A stretch of DNA of 64,000 bases from Nitrosomonadales bacterium (GCA_005240145.1 SBAS01000019.1:3277-67276), one strand, 5' to 3'. Positions 1 to 9,510 are shown, counted from the first letter of the stretch. Translations and numbers: made by a program. Notes: a model not told the origin generated them from the letters alone.

Positions 1-458
1 AGCGAGAACTCGCCCAGCATTTTCTGCAGGAACGGCAGCTGCACTTCGAGCGAATGCTCCTGGGCATGCGCCGCTGCGCTGCGCACCACCTGTTTCAGGT
101 CCGCCAGCAACGCGATGCCGGCCTTGTCCAGCGGCATACGGCCAAGCGGCGTCTCGAACGCGTCGCACTCTGGCAAGGCGAGGCCCCTGCCCGCGACGTA
201 ATGCGCCGGCCCGAAAAGCACCACGCGCTTGACGGTGCCCCGCGCGGCGGCAAGCTCGTCGTAGCCATGCGCCGCGACCGCGCCCGAATACAGGTAGCCG
301 GCGTGCGGGACGATCAGCACCTTGGGAAAGCCGAACCTCGGCTCCAGGCTGCCGACGCCGTCGAGCAGCTCCCCGATCTCAGCCGTGAGTTGCGCGGCGC
401 TGCGCGGGTAGAACGCGCCGGCCACGGCGGCGGGACGGATGTTCGCAGCCGGATTCAC
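1..458 (-). CDS. amrB: AmmeMemoRadiSam system protein B (MEMO1 family), 5' part; runs off the window
   Basis: Not in the ORF track. Manual translation from GTG at 458 gives MNPAANIRPAAVAGAFYP...LIVPHAGYLYSG...GPAH...FETPLG...EHSLEVQLPFLQ, which are MEMO-family motifs. GTGA overlap with the pncC stop. Confidence 0.9.
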   Translation of the reverse strand, partial: MNPAANIRPAAVAGAFYPRSAAQLTAEIGELLDGVGSLEPRFGFPKVLIVPHAGYLYSGAVAAHGYDELAAARGTVKRVVLFGPAHYVAGRGLALPECDAFETPLGRMPLDKAGIALLADLKQVVRSAAAHAQEHSLEVQLPFLQKMLGEFS

Positions 459-925
459 AGCCACTTCAGCACTCCTTGCAAGGCGTGCATCACGGATTGG
501 CGGCGCACGCTGGTACGACCGCCCCTGAAGAGCTTCGTGTCACTGCGGATCCTGCGCCCCTGCGCCCAGCCAAAGCACACCATGCCGACCGGCTTGCCCG
601 GCGAACCGCCGCCGGGGCCGGCGACCCCTGTGACGGCAAGCGCGATGCTGCCGCGGCCGTTTTTGAGGGCGCCGCGCGCCATCTCGCGCGCGGCCTGCTC
701 GCTGACCGCGCCGTGGCGCGCCAGCGTCGCCTTGCGCACGCCCAGCTCCTCGCGCTTGGCCGCATTCGAGTAGGTGACATAGCCGCGCTCGAACCAGTCC
801 GAGGAGCCCGGCACCGAGGTCACTGCCTGCGCCACCCAGCCGCCGGTGCAGGACTCCGCCGTGACGAGCATCGAGCCGGACGCCTTGAGCTTTTTTCCCA
901 CCCGCCTTGAAATTCTTCCAATCAA
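455..925 (-). CDS. pncC: CinA C-terminal domain protein / NMN deamidase
   Basis: TAESCTGG, YSNAAK, GAVSE and TGVAGPGGG motifs. Start placed at TTG 925, overlapping the pgpA stop. Confidence 0.88.
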   Translation of the reverse strand: MIGRISRRVGKKLKASGSMLVTAESCTGGWVAQAVTSVPGSSDWFERGYVTYSNAAKREELGVRKATLARHGAVSEQAAREMARGALKNGRGSIALAVTGVAGPGGGSPGKPVGMVCFGWAQGRRIRSDTKLFRGGRTSVRRQSVMHALQGVLKWL

Positions 926-1410
926 AAGAAAAGCCTCTTGCAAAGCGCCAATACCAGGAGCGTATACCCGGCGGCGAGCAGATCGTCGAACATCACGCCG
1001 AAGCCGCCCTTGAAGCGCATCTCCAGCTGCCGGATCGGCGGCGGCTTGACGACGTCGAAGGCGCGAAAGAGGAGAAACGCCGCCCCCTGCCACCAGGGCT
1101 CCTGCGGCACGACGGCGAGGATGAGGAGGAAGGCGACCACTTCATCCCAGCACATCGCGCCGTGGTCGGAGACGCCGAGGTGGCGCCCGGTCAGGTCGCA
1201 GGCCCAGATCCCGATAACGAACAGCAGGGCGAGAAATCCCAGCAGCACCAGCGGTTCATAGCCGCCGCCGATCGCCCACCACAGCGGAAACGCGACCAGG
1301 GTGCCGGCGGTGCCGGGCGCCCAGGGGAATAGCCCGGCGCCAAAGCCCAGCGCGATGAAATGCGCCGGGTGGCTGAACGTGAACTGCGCCGTGGGCCGCG
1401 CGAGGATCAC
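922..1410 (-). CDS. pgpA: Phosphatidylglycerophosphatase A
   Basis: GFGAGLFPWAPGTAGT, DEVVA, FRAFDVVKP and GVMFDDLLA motifs; conserved position after thiL; GTG start overlaps the thiL stop. Confidence 0.95.
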   Translation of the reverse strand: MILARPTAQFTFSHPAHFIALGFGAGLFPWAPGTAGTLVAFPLWWAIGGGYEPLVLLGFLALLFVIGIWACDLTGRHLGVSDHGAMCWDEVVAFLLILAVVPQEPWWQGAAFLLFRAFDVVKPPPIRQLEMRFKGGFGVMFDDLLAAGYTLLVLALCKRLFF

Positions 1411-2393
1411 GGCGCGAAATGGTCGAAGCCGCGGCCGATGTGCAGCGCCTTGCCCTGTGCGTCGAGCACCTGCAGTTTTGCTTGCGCGCTCTGAATGGCG
1501 CCGACGCGGGACAGCGGCAAGTTCAGCTCGGCGGCGAGCGCCGCGAGTTCGCCGCGGTTCGCCTGCGGCGAAGTGAACACGAGCTCGTAGTCGTCGCCGC
1601 CGCACAGCACCAGCCGGGCCTGCAGATCGGCATCTGCGATTTTCCCTACCTCGGCAGGCCTGGGGAGCAACGCGTATTCGACCGTGGCCCCGACGCCGGA
1701 ACGCTCGAGGATGTGGCCCAGGTCCTGGGCGAATCCATCCGAGACGTCGATCGCGGCACTTGCCAGCCCTCTCAGGCGCTCGCCCAGCTCAATGCGCGGT
1801 TCGGGTTCATCCAGCCGCTTCGCATTCGCGGCGTTGCCGGGTTGCTCGAGCGCCAGCGCGGCGCCGCCGAGCGCACCTGAGACCCAGATGTCGTCGCCGG
1901 GCCGCGCTCCGGCACGAAAGAGGGCGAGGCCGCTGGGCACCTCACCCAGGATGGTGATGCAGATCACGATGGGGCCAGGCACGGGGCCTGGCGCGGCCGC
2001 TCGCGTGGTGTCCCCGCCGATGAGTTCGACGCCGAAGCGGTCCGCGAGGGCGAAAAATCCGCCGGCGAAGCCTTTCAGCCAGATTTCGTCTGCCGCGGGC
2101 AGCCCCAGCGCGAGCGTCGCCCAGCGCGGCGCGGCGCCCATCGCCGCCATGTCGGAGAGGTTCACCGCGAGCGCCTTGTGCCCGAGCTTGCGCGCATCCG
2201 CGCCGGCGCGAAAGTGCCTGCCTTCCAGCAGCAGGTCGGTGGATACGGCAAGTTCCATCCCGGCGCTGGGCCGCAGCAGCGCGGCGTCGTCGCCGATGCC
2301 AAGCGCGACGCGGCGCGCGCGCCGGTCGCCGGGCCGCACTTCGCGCGGCGCGCGCTCGAAGTACTTCCGGATCAGTTCAAACTCGGAGAGCAA
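1407..2393 (-). CDS. thiL: Thiamine-monophosphate kinase
   Basis: SEFELIRKYF, GIGDDAA, NLSDMAAMGA, GGDT, DVSDG and GGDDYEL motifs; start at TTG 2393. Confidence 0.95.
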   Translation of the reverse strand: MLSEFELIRKYFERAPREVRPGDRRARRVALGIGDDAALLRPSAGMELAVSTDLLLEGRHFRAGADARKLGHKALAVNLSDMAAMGAAPRWATLALGLPAADEIWLKGFAGGFFALADRFGVELIGGDTTRAAAPGPVPGPIVICITILGEVPSGLALFRAGARPGDDIWVSGALGGAALALEQPGNAANAKRLDEPEPRIELGERLRGLASAAIDVSDGFAQDLGHILERSGVGATVEYALLPRPAEVGKIADADLQARLVLCGGDDYELVFTSPQANRGELAALAAELNLPLSRVGAIQSAQAKLQVLDAQGKALHIGRGFDHFAP

Positions 2394-2394
2394 A

Positions 2395-2853
2395 TCAGAC
2401 CGCCTGCCGGACCCGCGCGAATTCCTCGGCGCGCAGTTCGAGCGCCAGCTTTTCCAGCACGCCGTTGACGAATTTGTGCCCGTCGGTGCCGCCGTAGCTC
2501 CGGCCAAGGTCGATCGCCTCGTTCAGCACCACGCGAAACGGCGTTTCCGGCCGCGCCGAGAGTTCATATGCCGCGATGAGCAGGATCACGCGCTCGATCG
2601 GAGAGAGCGAGGCGAGGCTGCGGTCGAGGTGCGGCTCGATCAACTTTTCCAGCGCGGAACTTTTCTCGACCACCTCCGCGATCAGCTGTTCGGCGCACTT
2701 CTGGTCGCAGCGCACCCAGCCCTCGAGCGTCTTCGCCTGCGCGAGCACGTCGCCGCCGGCGAGCTTCCAGGCGTAGAGCGCCTGCAGCGCGATTTCGCGC
2801 GCGCGGCGCCGCGCCGTGGTGCGCGCACCCGGCCGCGCGTCCTTCAGCGCCAC
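2395..2853 (-). CDS. nusB: Transcription antitermination factor NusB
   Basis: [22 protein letters not shown] and HKFVNGVL motifs; lies between ribH and thiL. Confidence 0.95.
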   Translation of the reverse strand: MALKDARPGARTTARRRAREIALQALYAWKLAGGDVLAQAKTLEGWVRCDQKCAEQLIAEVVEKSSALEKLIEPHLDRSLASLSPIERVILLIAAYELSARPETPFRVVLNEAIDLGRSYGGTDGHKFVNGVLEKLALELRAEEFARVRQAV

Positions 2854-3269
2854 TTCGCCGCCAGGTCCAGCCGCAAGCGCGCCATTTCCAGCGCCACGCG
2901 CACCGCCTCGGCGCCCTTCTCCTTGCGCGCGAGCGCCTGCGCCTCGTCGTCCGTGGTCAGCACGCCGTTGGCCACGGGCAGTCCGGATTCGAGCGCGACC
3001 TCCGTGATGCCGCGCGCCGACTCGTTCGAAACCACCTCGAAATGGTAGGTGTCGCCGCGGATCACCGCGCCGAGCGCGACCAGGGCGTCGAAGCGCCCCG
3101 ACTGCGCCAGCCACTGCAGGGCGAGCGGAATTTCGAGCGCGCCCGCCACGGCGACGAATTCGGCCTGGGCGCCCGCCCGCGCGAGCTCGGCGCGCGCCGA
3201 TTCGAGCAGCGCGTTGCAGATTTCTTCATTGAAGCGGGAATGAACGACGCCGATTCGCGGCGGATTCAT
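2844..3269 (-). CDS. ribH: 6,7-dimethyl-8-ribityllumazine synthase
   Basis: [25 protein letters not shown] and NGVLT motifs; ATG 3269 overlaps the ribB stop. Confidence 0.95.
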   Translation of the reverse strand: MNPPRIGVVHSRFNEEICNALLESARAELARAGAQAEFVAVAGALEIPLALQWLAQSGRFDALVALGAVIRGDTYHFEVVSNESARGITEVALESGLPVANGVLTTDDEAQALARKEKGAEAVRVALEMARLRLDLAAKWR

Positions 3270-4390
3270 TTCCGTTCTCGTTCGACGTATCCCGTGACCT
3301 CGAGGCCGAAACCGGCCATGCTCGGCATCTTGCGCGGCGTGGCGAGCAGGCGCATCCTGCCCACGCCGAGGTCGCGCAGGATCTGCGCGCCGATGCCGTA
3401 GTTGCGCAAGTCCATGCTGCGGCCCGCGCGCGCGGGCCGCTGGCCGGACAACTGCGCGGCAAGCTGCGTCTGCAGCGCTTCGCCCGACTGGCTGCAGTTC
3501 ATGAGCACCATCACGCCGCTGCCGGCGGCGTGGATCGCCTCGAGCGCATCGCCCACGCCCCAGGAATGCGTGCCCGAACCCGCATCGAGCAGGTCGAGCA
3601 CCGACAGCGGCTCGTGCACGCGCACCAGCGTCTCGTCCCGTGCCGCTATTTTCCCCAGCACCAGCGCGAGGTGGATCGAGCCGAGCGCGGAATCCCGGTA
3701 CGAGACGAGACGGAACGATCCCCACGGCGTGTCGATGTCGCGCTCCGCAGCGCGCTCGACCACGGACTCGTTGCGGCTGCGGTGTTCGATCAGGTCGGCG
3801 ATGGTGCCGATCTTGAGCTTGTGCGCGGCGGCGAATTCCATCAGGTCGGGCAGGCGCGCCATGCTGCCGTCGGCGCGCATGATCTCGCACAGCACCGCGG
3901 CGGGCGTGAGACCCGCCAGGCGCGCGAGGTCGCAGCAGGCTTCGGTGTGCCCGGCGCGCACCAGCACGCCGCCGTCCTGCGCGATGAGCGGAAAAACGTG
4001 CCCGGGCTGGACGATGTCGCGAGCGACGGCGCCCGGCGAGGCCGCAACGCGGATCGTGAGCGCGCGGTCGTGAGCCGAGATGCCGGTGGCGATGCCCTCT
4101 GCGGCTTCGATGGAGTTGGTGAAATTGGTGCCGTGGCGCGAGCGGTTATCGCTCACCATCGGCTTCAGGCCCAGGCGCTCGGCGTGCGCGCGCGCGAGCG
4201 GCATGCAAATCAGGCCGCGGCCGTGGGTGGCGAGGAAATTGACCTTCTCCGCCGTGACGAAATCAGCGGCGAAAACGAGGTCGCCCTCGTTCTCGCGGTC
4301 CTCGTCGTCGACCAGCACGACGATATTGCCGGCGCGCAGCTCGGCAATGATCTCGGCGGTCGGGCTGATGGCGGTTGTTTCGCGGCGCAT
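3266..4390 (-). CDS. ribB: DHBP synthase fused to a degenerate GTP cyclohydrolase II-like domain (RibBA/RibBX type)
   Basis: [17 protein letters not shown] and GHTEA motifs. The C-terminal domain keeps VRVH and YGIGAQIL but lacks the Zn-binding Cys triad. Confidence 0.92.
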   Translation of the reverse strand: MRRETTAISPTAEIIAELRAGNIVVLVDDEDRENEGDLVFAADFVTAEKVNFLATHGRGLICMPLARAHAERLGLKPMVSDNRSRHGTNFTNSIEAAEGIATGISAHDRALTIRVAASPGAVARDIVQPGHVFPLIAQDGGVLVRAGHTEACCDLARLAGLTPAAVLCEIMRADGSMARLPDLMEFAAAHKLKIGTIADLIEHRSRNESVVERAAERDIDTPWGSFRLVSYRDSALGSIHLALVLGKIAARDETLVRVHEPLSVLDLLDAGSGTHSWGVGDALEAIHAAGSGVMVLMNCSQSGEALQTQLAAQLSGQRPARAGRSMDLRNYGIGAQILRDLGVGRMRLLATPRKMPSMAGFGLEVTGYVERERK

Positions 4391-4436
4391 GGTCTAGACC
4401 TCACACCCGGCGATTATATGCCCGCAGCGGAACAAT

Positions 4437-4838
4437 TTACTCCTTCGCCGAAACCTCGGCTGCTTCGGCGGTGTCGCCGAATTTCTCCCCGATTTTCTCC
4501 CTTATGCGCGCGCTCTTGCCCGAGCGCTGGCGCAGGTAGTACAGCTTGGAGCGGCGCACTTCGCCTTTCCGCTTCACCTCGATGCCGGCGATCAGCGGCG
4601 AGTAGGTCTGGAAGGTGCGCTCGACGCCCTCGCCTGAGGAAATCTTGCGCACGATGAAAGCCGAGCGCAGGCCGCGGTTGCGCTTGGCGATGACCACGCC
4701 TTCGAAGGACTGCTCGCGTTTCTTGTCGCCCTCGACCACGTTGACGCGCACGGCGACGGTGTCGCCCGGCGAGAACTCGGGGACGTTCTTCTTCATGCGC
4801 TGCATCTCTTCCTGCTCGAGCTTCTGGATCAGGTTCAT
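4437..4838 (-). CDS. rplS: 50S ribosomal protein L19
   Basis: [21 protein letters not shown] and [10 protein letters not shown] motifs. Confidence 0.97.
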   Translation of the reverse strand: MNLIQKLEQEEMQRMKKNVPEFSPGDTVAVRVNVVEGDKKREQSFEGVVIAKRNRGLRSAFIVRKISSGEGVERTFQTYSPLIAGIEVKRKGEVRRSKLYYLRQRSGKSARIREKIGEKFGDTAEAAEVSAKE

Positions 4839-5605
4839 TTTCCGCTTTCTCCACGTTGCCGCTGGAAATCTTCCAGCAACTTGCGTTCGTCGTCGTTCAG
4901 CTTCCTCGCCGCGAGGAGGTCGGGCCTGCGCAGCCAGGTCCTGCCCAGCGCCTGCTGCAACCGCCAGCGCCGGATGTTCTCGTGGTGCCCGGATAGCAGC
5001 GTGCTCGGAACCTGCGCCGGCACCTTGCCGCCCGCTCCGTCCTGCGGCCACACCTCGGGCCGCGTGTACTGCGGGCAATCGAGCAGTCCATCGACAAAGG
5101 ACTCTTCGAGCGCCGACTGCTCGCCGCCAAGCGCGCCGGGAATCTGGCGCACCACTGCGTCGATCACCGCCATCGCGGCCAGTTCGCCGCCCGAGAGCAC
5201 GTAATCACCGATCGAGAGCTCTTCATCCACCCGCCGCCCGATCAGGCGCTCGTCCACGCCCTCGTACCGCCCGCACAAAAAAGTCATTGCGGTCGTGCCC
5301 GCGAGTTCCATCACCATCGCGTGATCGAGCTTCCTGCCCTGCGGCGAGAGGTAAATCACCTTGCCTCCGCCTGCCTGCCTTGCCGCATCGAGCGCCTTGT
5401 CCAGCGGCTCGGCCAGCATCACCATTCCGGGACCGCCACCGTACGGCCGGTCATCGACCGTGCGGTAGTTGTCGCTGGTGAAATCGCGCGGGTTCCAAAG
5501 CCCCAGCGACCAGAGCCCCGCTTCCAGCGCCCGCCCGCTGATGCCGCTCGCCGTCACTGCGGCGAACATCTCCGGGAAAAGCGTCACTGCATGGAAACGG
5601 ATCAC
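4835..5605 (-). CDS. trmD: tRNA (guanine37-N1)-methyltransferase
   Basis: [29 protein letters not shown] and [11 protein letters not shown] motifs; GTG 5605 taken as start. Confidence 0.97.
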   Translation of the reverse strand: MIRFHAVTLFPEMFAAVTASGISGRALEAGLWSLGLWNPRDFTSDNYRTVDDRPYGGGPGMVMLAEPLDKALDAARQAGGGKVIYLSPQGRKLDHAMVMELAGTTAMTFLCGRYEGVDERLIGRRVDEELSIGDYVLSGGELAAMAVIDAVVRQIPGALGGEQSALEESFVDGLLDCPQYTRPEVWPQDGAGGKVPAQVPSTLLSGHHENIRRWRLQQALGRTWLRRPDLLAARKLNDDERKLLEDFQRQRGESGK

Positions 5606-5616
5606 CAGTCCTGCCT

Positions 5617-6090
5617 TTACCAATCTTCCTGCCACTCCACATCGATCCGCTTATTCTGCAAATCGATCTTCTTCACGTACACCGGGACGAAAGGCAGCAA
5701 CCTGGTGCGCGCATCTTCCTTCGTCCCCGCCACTTCCATCACGTCATGCACGCCGTTGGAAGACATCTGCTTCACCACGCCGAGCACCATGCCTTGTTCG
5801 TTCACCACCTCCAGCCCGATCAAATCGGACCAGTAGTAGCGCCCTTCTCCCGCCGCCGGCCGGGGAATCTCGACCGGCCTGCCCTTCAGCTTGCGCGCGT
5901 CCTCGGGATTCTCGATGCCCTCCAGCTTCGCCAGCAGCGTGCCCGAGTGCGGCCTGGATTCCTGCACCGCCCGCGCCACGCCGCCGATCCACCAGAGCGG
6001 CGCCGCGGCGAGCAGTTCGGGTTCGTCCACCACCACCCTGAGCCAGCCGCGCACGCCATAGGGTTCGGCGACGCGCCCGTACTCGATCAA
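5617..6090 (-). CDS. rimM: Ribosome maturation factor RimM
   Basis: [23 protein letters not shown] and LLPFV motifs; lies between rpsP and trmD. Start (TTG 6090) is approximate. Confidence 0.93.
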   Translation of the reverse strand: MIEYGRVAEPYGVRGWLRVVVDEPELLAAAPLWWIGGVARAVQESRPHSGTLLAKLEGIENPEDARKLKGRPVEIPRPAAGEGRYYWSDLIGLEVVNEQGMVLGVVKQMSSNGVHDVMEVAGTKEDARTRLLPFVPVYVKKIDLQNKRIDVEWQEDW

Positions 6091-6124
6091 CGACTGAGGA
6101 AGGCTTCCGCCTTCCGCATCCCTG

Positions 6125-6382
6125 CTATGCGGCTTTTTTGCTCTTGCCAAACTGCTTGACCAGTCGCGTCACCGTGGACGAGGGCTGCGCGCCCTTGCCC
6201 TTCCAGTACTTCACGCGCTCGACGTCGACGCGCAGCGACTCGCGCCCCGCGGGCGCCTTCGGGTCGTAAAAACCCACGCTCTCGATAAAGCGGCCGGTAG
6301 CCGCACGGCGTGAATCGGCCACTACCAGATGGTAGAAAGGCCGCTTCTTGGCGCCGCCTCGCGCCAGTCGAATAACCACCAT
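6125..6382 (-). CDS. rpsP: 30S ribosomal protein S16
   Basis: [17 protein letters not shown]...[12 protein letters not shown]; TATAAT box at 6417-6422 on the minus strand. Confidence 0.97.
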   Translation of the reverse strand: MVVIRLARGGAKKRPFYHLVVADSRRAATGRFIESVGFYDPKAPAGRESLRVDVERVKYWKGKGAQPSSTVTRLVKQFGKSKKAA

Positions 6383-6480
6383 GTAAAGATCCTCTGAAAC
6401 TCGCGAAAGGGAGCGGATTATACGCATGCATTTCGCTTTGCGGGGGCATTAAAGCAAAGGGAACAGTGTTACAGTATTTT

Positions 6481-6945
6481 ATGCCCACCATACGCCTGGA
6501 ACAGGACGTCTTCGAGGGCCTGCAGAAGCTTGCCAAACCCTTCGTCGATTCCCCGAGCATGGTGGTCCGCCGCCTGCTCGAAGAGCGCGGCGTCTTGAGC
6601 AAGGTGCCGGAAGCGGCGAGAGGAGCACGTGCCGCACCGGATGCGCTGACGCCGCAAGCCACTTACGAAAAGTATCTCCTGCTCATCCTGCTCAAGGAGT
6701 TCGACGGCCAGGGCCACAAGCGCGACGTGACGCACGCCATCGTCAAACGCATGATGAAGGACGGGCACATCGGCGCGGCGGACCAGGAACTGGTCAGCAC
6801 CGGCGAAACCAAGGGCGAGAACACCATCACCTGGGCGCGCAACGCGCTCAAACAGCGCGGCTACATCAGCCGGGCCGCGCGCCGCGGAATCTGGGAATTG
6901 ACCGCCGAGGGCAAGAGTGCGGCAGGCAAGGTCGTGCTTCCATAA
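6481..6945 (+). CDS. SeqA-N-like (ribbon-helix-helix) domain fused to an Mrr N-terminal winged-helix domain; no nuclease domain
   Basis: The N-terminus MPTIRLEQDVF...DSPSMVVRRLL fits the SeqA dimerisation-domain pattern. The C-terminal ITWARNALKQRGYI...RGIWELTAEGK fits Mrr_N. Confidence 0.7.
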   Translation: MPTIRLEQDVFEGLQKLAKPFVDSPSMVVRRLLEERGVLSKVPEAARGARAAPDALTPQATYEKYLLLILLKEFDGQGHKRDVTHAIVKRMMKDGHIGAADQELVSTGETKGENTITWARNALKQRGYISRAARRGIWELTAEGKSAAGKVVLP

Positions 6946-7163
6946 CGGGGCCCGGTCGGAGGTGTTTCAGATTGAGGTCATGATTCCTTAGCGAAGCAGC
7001 CATTCGGGTCAGGTCAACACTAGGTCCGCTAGAACCACAACGTGCCCAAAATGTCGGAAATCAAGCCATCGCTCTGTAGCGCGAATAACTCGCCCCGCCT
7101 ACCGCTTGACTTGATTCCCGTATACGTATTCGACCGATACCGTTTCTCCTGTTGGTTTCTTGA

Positions 7164-7253
7164 CTACTCCACGACCATGAAATTTTCCATCCGAAAATGG
7201 GCCGCTCGGCCGATTTGCATCCGGACTTCGTACTTTCCGATCTTCTCGAGCAC
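7164..7253 (-). pseudogene. Remnant resembling the start of a Ser/Thr protein kinase
   Basis: GGGAGG followed by GTG gives MLEKIGKYEVRMQIGRAAHF...stop after 29 aa. IGKYEV..xIGR is the usual lead-in to the kinase Gly-loop. Confidence 0.4.
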
Positions 7254-7307
7254 GCCGCCAGTGCCCTCCCTAGCGAAAGGCTATCACGCAGTACTGCTGC
7301 TATCTAC

Positions 7308-7769
7308 TTAGGCAGCAGCCCGCCTGCGGCTGGCGCGGCCGGATGGGCTTCGACGAGCCCGTTTCGCCCGAAGAATGGAACGCAACGCGTCGTTGACTGA
7401 TTCAGAATTCGGAAACGCCTTCTGCACGTCCGGATCCAGCAGAACGACGTTGGTTCCCTCTTCCTGAATCCGCTTGTAATACTTGCCTCTGACGCCCTTC
7501 GTATAGTCGAAGTTGTATTCGGCACGCATCTCGTCGGCCACAGCCTTGCTCTTAAGTTTCATGGCGTTTGCGCTCGTGCCAGGCTTGGGGGTGTCGAACT
7601 TTCTGCGGAAGGCTTCAAGATCGAAGCTGCCTTTGCCACGGCGCAGCTTGCCGCGTAGCGGCGCGAGGAGCGCCCGGTTTATATGTCTTCCGCGCACGCC
7701 TTTGGATTTGAAATCCGAGAGCCTGTACTCGGGCCGCAGTTCGTCAATCGTCTTAGCCTTATTTTTCAT
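7308..7769 (-). CDS. BrnA-like antitoxin-type protein with a duplicated N-terminal motif
   Basis: Two DE[LM]RxEY...KGVRG[RK] motifs, then VLLDPDVQKAFPNSESVNDALR (RHH-like). ATGA overlap with the toxin stop. Confidence 0.65.
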   Translation of the reverse strand: MKNKAKTIDELRPEYRLSDFKSKGVRGRHINRALLAPLRGKLRRGKGSFDLEAFRRKFDTPKPGTSANAMKLKSKAVADEMRAEYNFDYTKGVRGKYYKRIQEEGTNVVLLDPDVQKAFPNSESVNDALRSILRAKRARRSPSGRASRRRAAA

Positions 7770-8110
7770 AGATTGCCCGTACCGACATTTGTATCACCGA
7801 GTAGCCAGGCAGGGATGTCGCGCTGCCCATGCATCACGCGCCAGACGTCGATGTGGTCGTCGCGCTCGATGTAAAAGACCAGATGCGGGAAGCGCGTCAG
7901 TGGCCAAGAACGCAGACCGGGGAGGTCCAATTCGTTTGCGTATCGAGGCGAGCCGGTGGCTGGATGGCGTGCGATGTGGAGATAGGCCTGTTCCAGGGCT
8001 TCGATGAAACCCAGCGCGGCCTGCTTTGCGTCCTCGCGCAAGTAGTGCCCGATGGCTTCATCGACGTCCCGGTTGGCGAGCTCGCGCGGGATGACGGTCT
8101 TGGACTTCAC
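7766..8110 (-). CDS. Type II toxin, RelE/ParE family
   Basis: ANRDVDEAIGHY...HPATGSPRY...LRSWPLTRFPHLVFY...IDVWRVMHGQRDI; coupled to the upstream antitoxin. Confidence 0.9.
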   Translation of the reverse strand: MKSKTVIPRELANRDVDEAIGHYLREDAKQAALGFIEALEQAYLHIARHPATGSPRYANELDLPGLRSWPLTRFPHLVFYIERDDHIDVWRVMHGQRDIPAWLLGDTNVGTGNL

Positions 8111-8346
8111 CCCCGAGCGCGTCGCTGGACGCGCTTGCGCAGCGCGCCGAAATAAGCGCCATTGGCTGGTGCCGCCTGAGCGGAAGCGGCGCCGTCCAGC
8201 AGCAAACCGCGCAGATGCAACCGATCCGCATCCTTGCGGATCAACTCGCGCACGTATTCGCTGCTGGTGCCGTAGCCGCGCCGGGTGACCTGCTCATCCA
8301 CGAAATCCTTGAGCGATTCGGGCAGGGATATGTTCATCGTGCTCAT
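8107..8346 (-). CDS. ParD-like ribbon-helix-helix antitoxin
   Basis: MNISLPESLKDFVDEQV...YGTSSEYVRELIR motif. Confidence 0.9.
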   Translation of the reverse strand: MSTMNISLPESLKDFVDEQVTRRGYGTSSEYVRELIRKDADRLHLRGLLLDGAASAQAAPANGAYFGALRKRVQRRARG

Positions 8347-8352
8347 GGACTG

Positions 8353-8381
8353 ATGTTAAGCGCCTTGGCAAAATTTGGCAA
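8353..8381 (-). promoter_or_regulatory. sigma70 promoter for a probable leaderless TA transcript; the tandem TTGCCAA repeat may be the operator
   Basis: TTGCCA (8381-8376), 17-nt spacer, TAACAT (8358-8353), 6 nt, then ATG 8346. TTGCCAA occurs twice with 10-bp period. Confidence 0.7.
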
Positions 8382-8424
8382 GATGGCCTGATTGAACCGC
8401 TCTACACAGGTCTACGGCCTCGCG

Positions 8425-9510
8425 CTAGCCGCCTGCGCTACGGTATTTCGCGATCGCGCCCTTATGCAATGTCATGCCGTGCCCGGGCCGGTCGGGGATG
8501 CGGATGTGGCCGTCCTTGCACAGCGGCAGTTCCTCGAACAGGTCGGGCGGCATCCAGTCCATGAGCTCGACGAGAAAACCGTTCGGGATCGCGCCGCTGA
8601 CCTGGATTGAGATTTCGTACACGACGTGCGGCGAAACCTGCACGCCGTGGGCCGCCGCCAGGCGCGCGATCCTGAGCGTTTCGCTGAAACCGTTGGCGCG
8701 GCACACGTCGGGCATCAGGTAGCGCGCAGCCCTGCGCTCGATCAAGTCCCTGAATTCGTATCGGTTGTAATGGTTTTCCCCGGTCGCTACCGGGATAGCG
8801 ATCGATTCGGAAACCAAAGCGCAAGAAAAGTTATCGTCGGAGCTCACGGGCTCTTCGTACCAGACGAGGTCGAAATCCTCGAGTTGGCGCGCCTGGCGAA
8901 TGTTGCCCTCGACATCGAGCCTCTGGTTGACGTCCACCATCATGCGCACGCCGGGGCCGAGGGCCTTTTTCACCGTCTCGACGCGCTTGCGGTTGGCGAG
9001 CGGGTCGGGATCGTGGATCTTCATTTTGTAGTAGGCACATCCCATACCCGCGTAGCGCTCGGCTTCGGCGACAAGGTCCGCCTCCCTGTACTTGCCCCAA
9101 CCGCCGCTGCCGTAGCAGGCCACGCGGTCGGTGACAGCGCCCCAGAGCTTGTACAGCGGCAGCTTCGCCGCCTTGCCGGCGATGTCCCACAGGCCGATGT
9201 CGAGCGCCGAGAGTGCCATCCCCGCGATGCCGACTCGCCGCACCCCGCGGTCACCGCGATACATCTTCTCCCACAGACTCTCGACCGAGCGCGGGTCTTC
9301 GCCGAGCAGCAGGGGCTTGAGGCGCGTCTCGAGATAGACGAGGACCGATTCCGCGCCGCCGCCGCCGAAGATGAAGCTGTAGCCCAGGCCCCGGATGCCC
9401 TCGTCCGTCGCGATCTCGGCCACCACCAGCTTGTGGTGCGCAAACTCCAGCGCCATCTGCCTGGAAGTCGGCACTGTAAGGACGCAGCTATCGATTGCGG
9501 TGATTTTCAT
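8425..9510 (-). CDS. Mandelate racemase/muconate lactonizing enzyme family protein (enolase superfamily)
   Basis: SALDIGLWDIAGK, KMK, MVDVNQ, WYEEP, ATGEN, MPD and SPH motifs. Confidence 0.92.
   Translation of the reverse strand: MKITAIDSCVLTVPTSRQMALEFAHHKLVVAEIATDEGIRGLGYSFIFGGGGAESVLVYLETRLKPLLLGEDPRSVESLWEKMYRGDRGVRRVGIAGMALSALDIGLWDIAGKAAKLPLYKLWGAVTDRVACYGSGGWGKYREADLVAEAERYAGMGCAYYKMKIHDPDPLANRKRVETVKKALGPGVRMMVDVNQRLDVEGNIRQARQLEDFDLVWYEEPVSSDDNFSCALVSESIAIPVATGENHYNRYEFRDLIERRAARYLMPDVCRANGFSETLRIARLAAAHGVQVSPHVVYEISIQVSGAIPNGFLVELMDWMPPDLFEELPLCKDGHIRIPDRPGHGMTLHKGAIAKYRSAGG

Noticed and set aside
7294-7380. Possible integron attC site after the BrnA-like gene
   Set aside because: There is only a short CTGCTGC/GCAGCAG hairpin, with no RYYYAAC...GTTRRRY core sites and no integrase.
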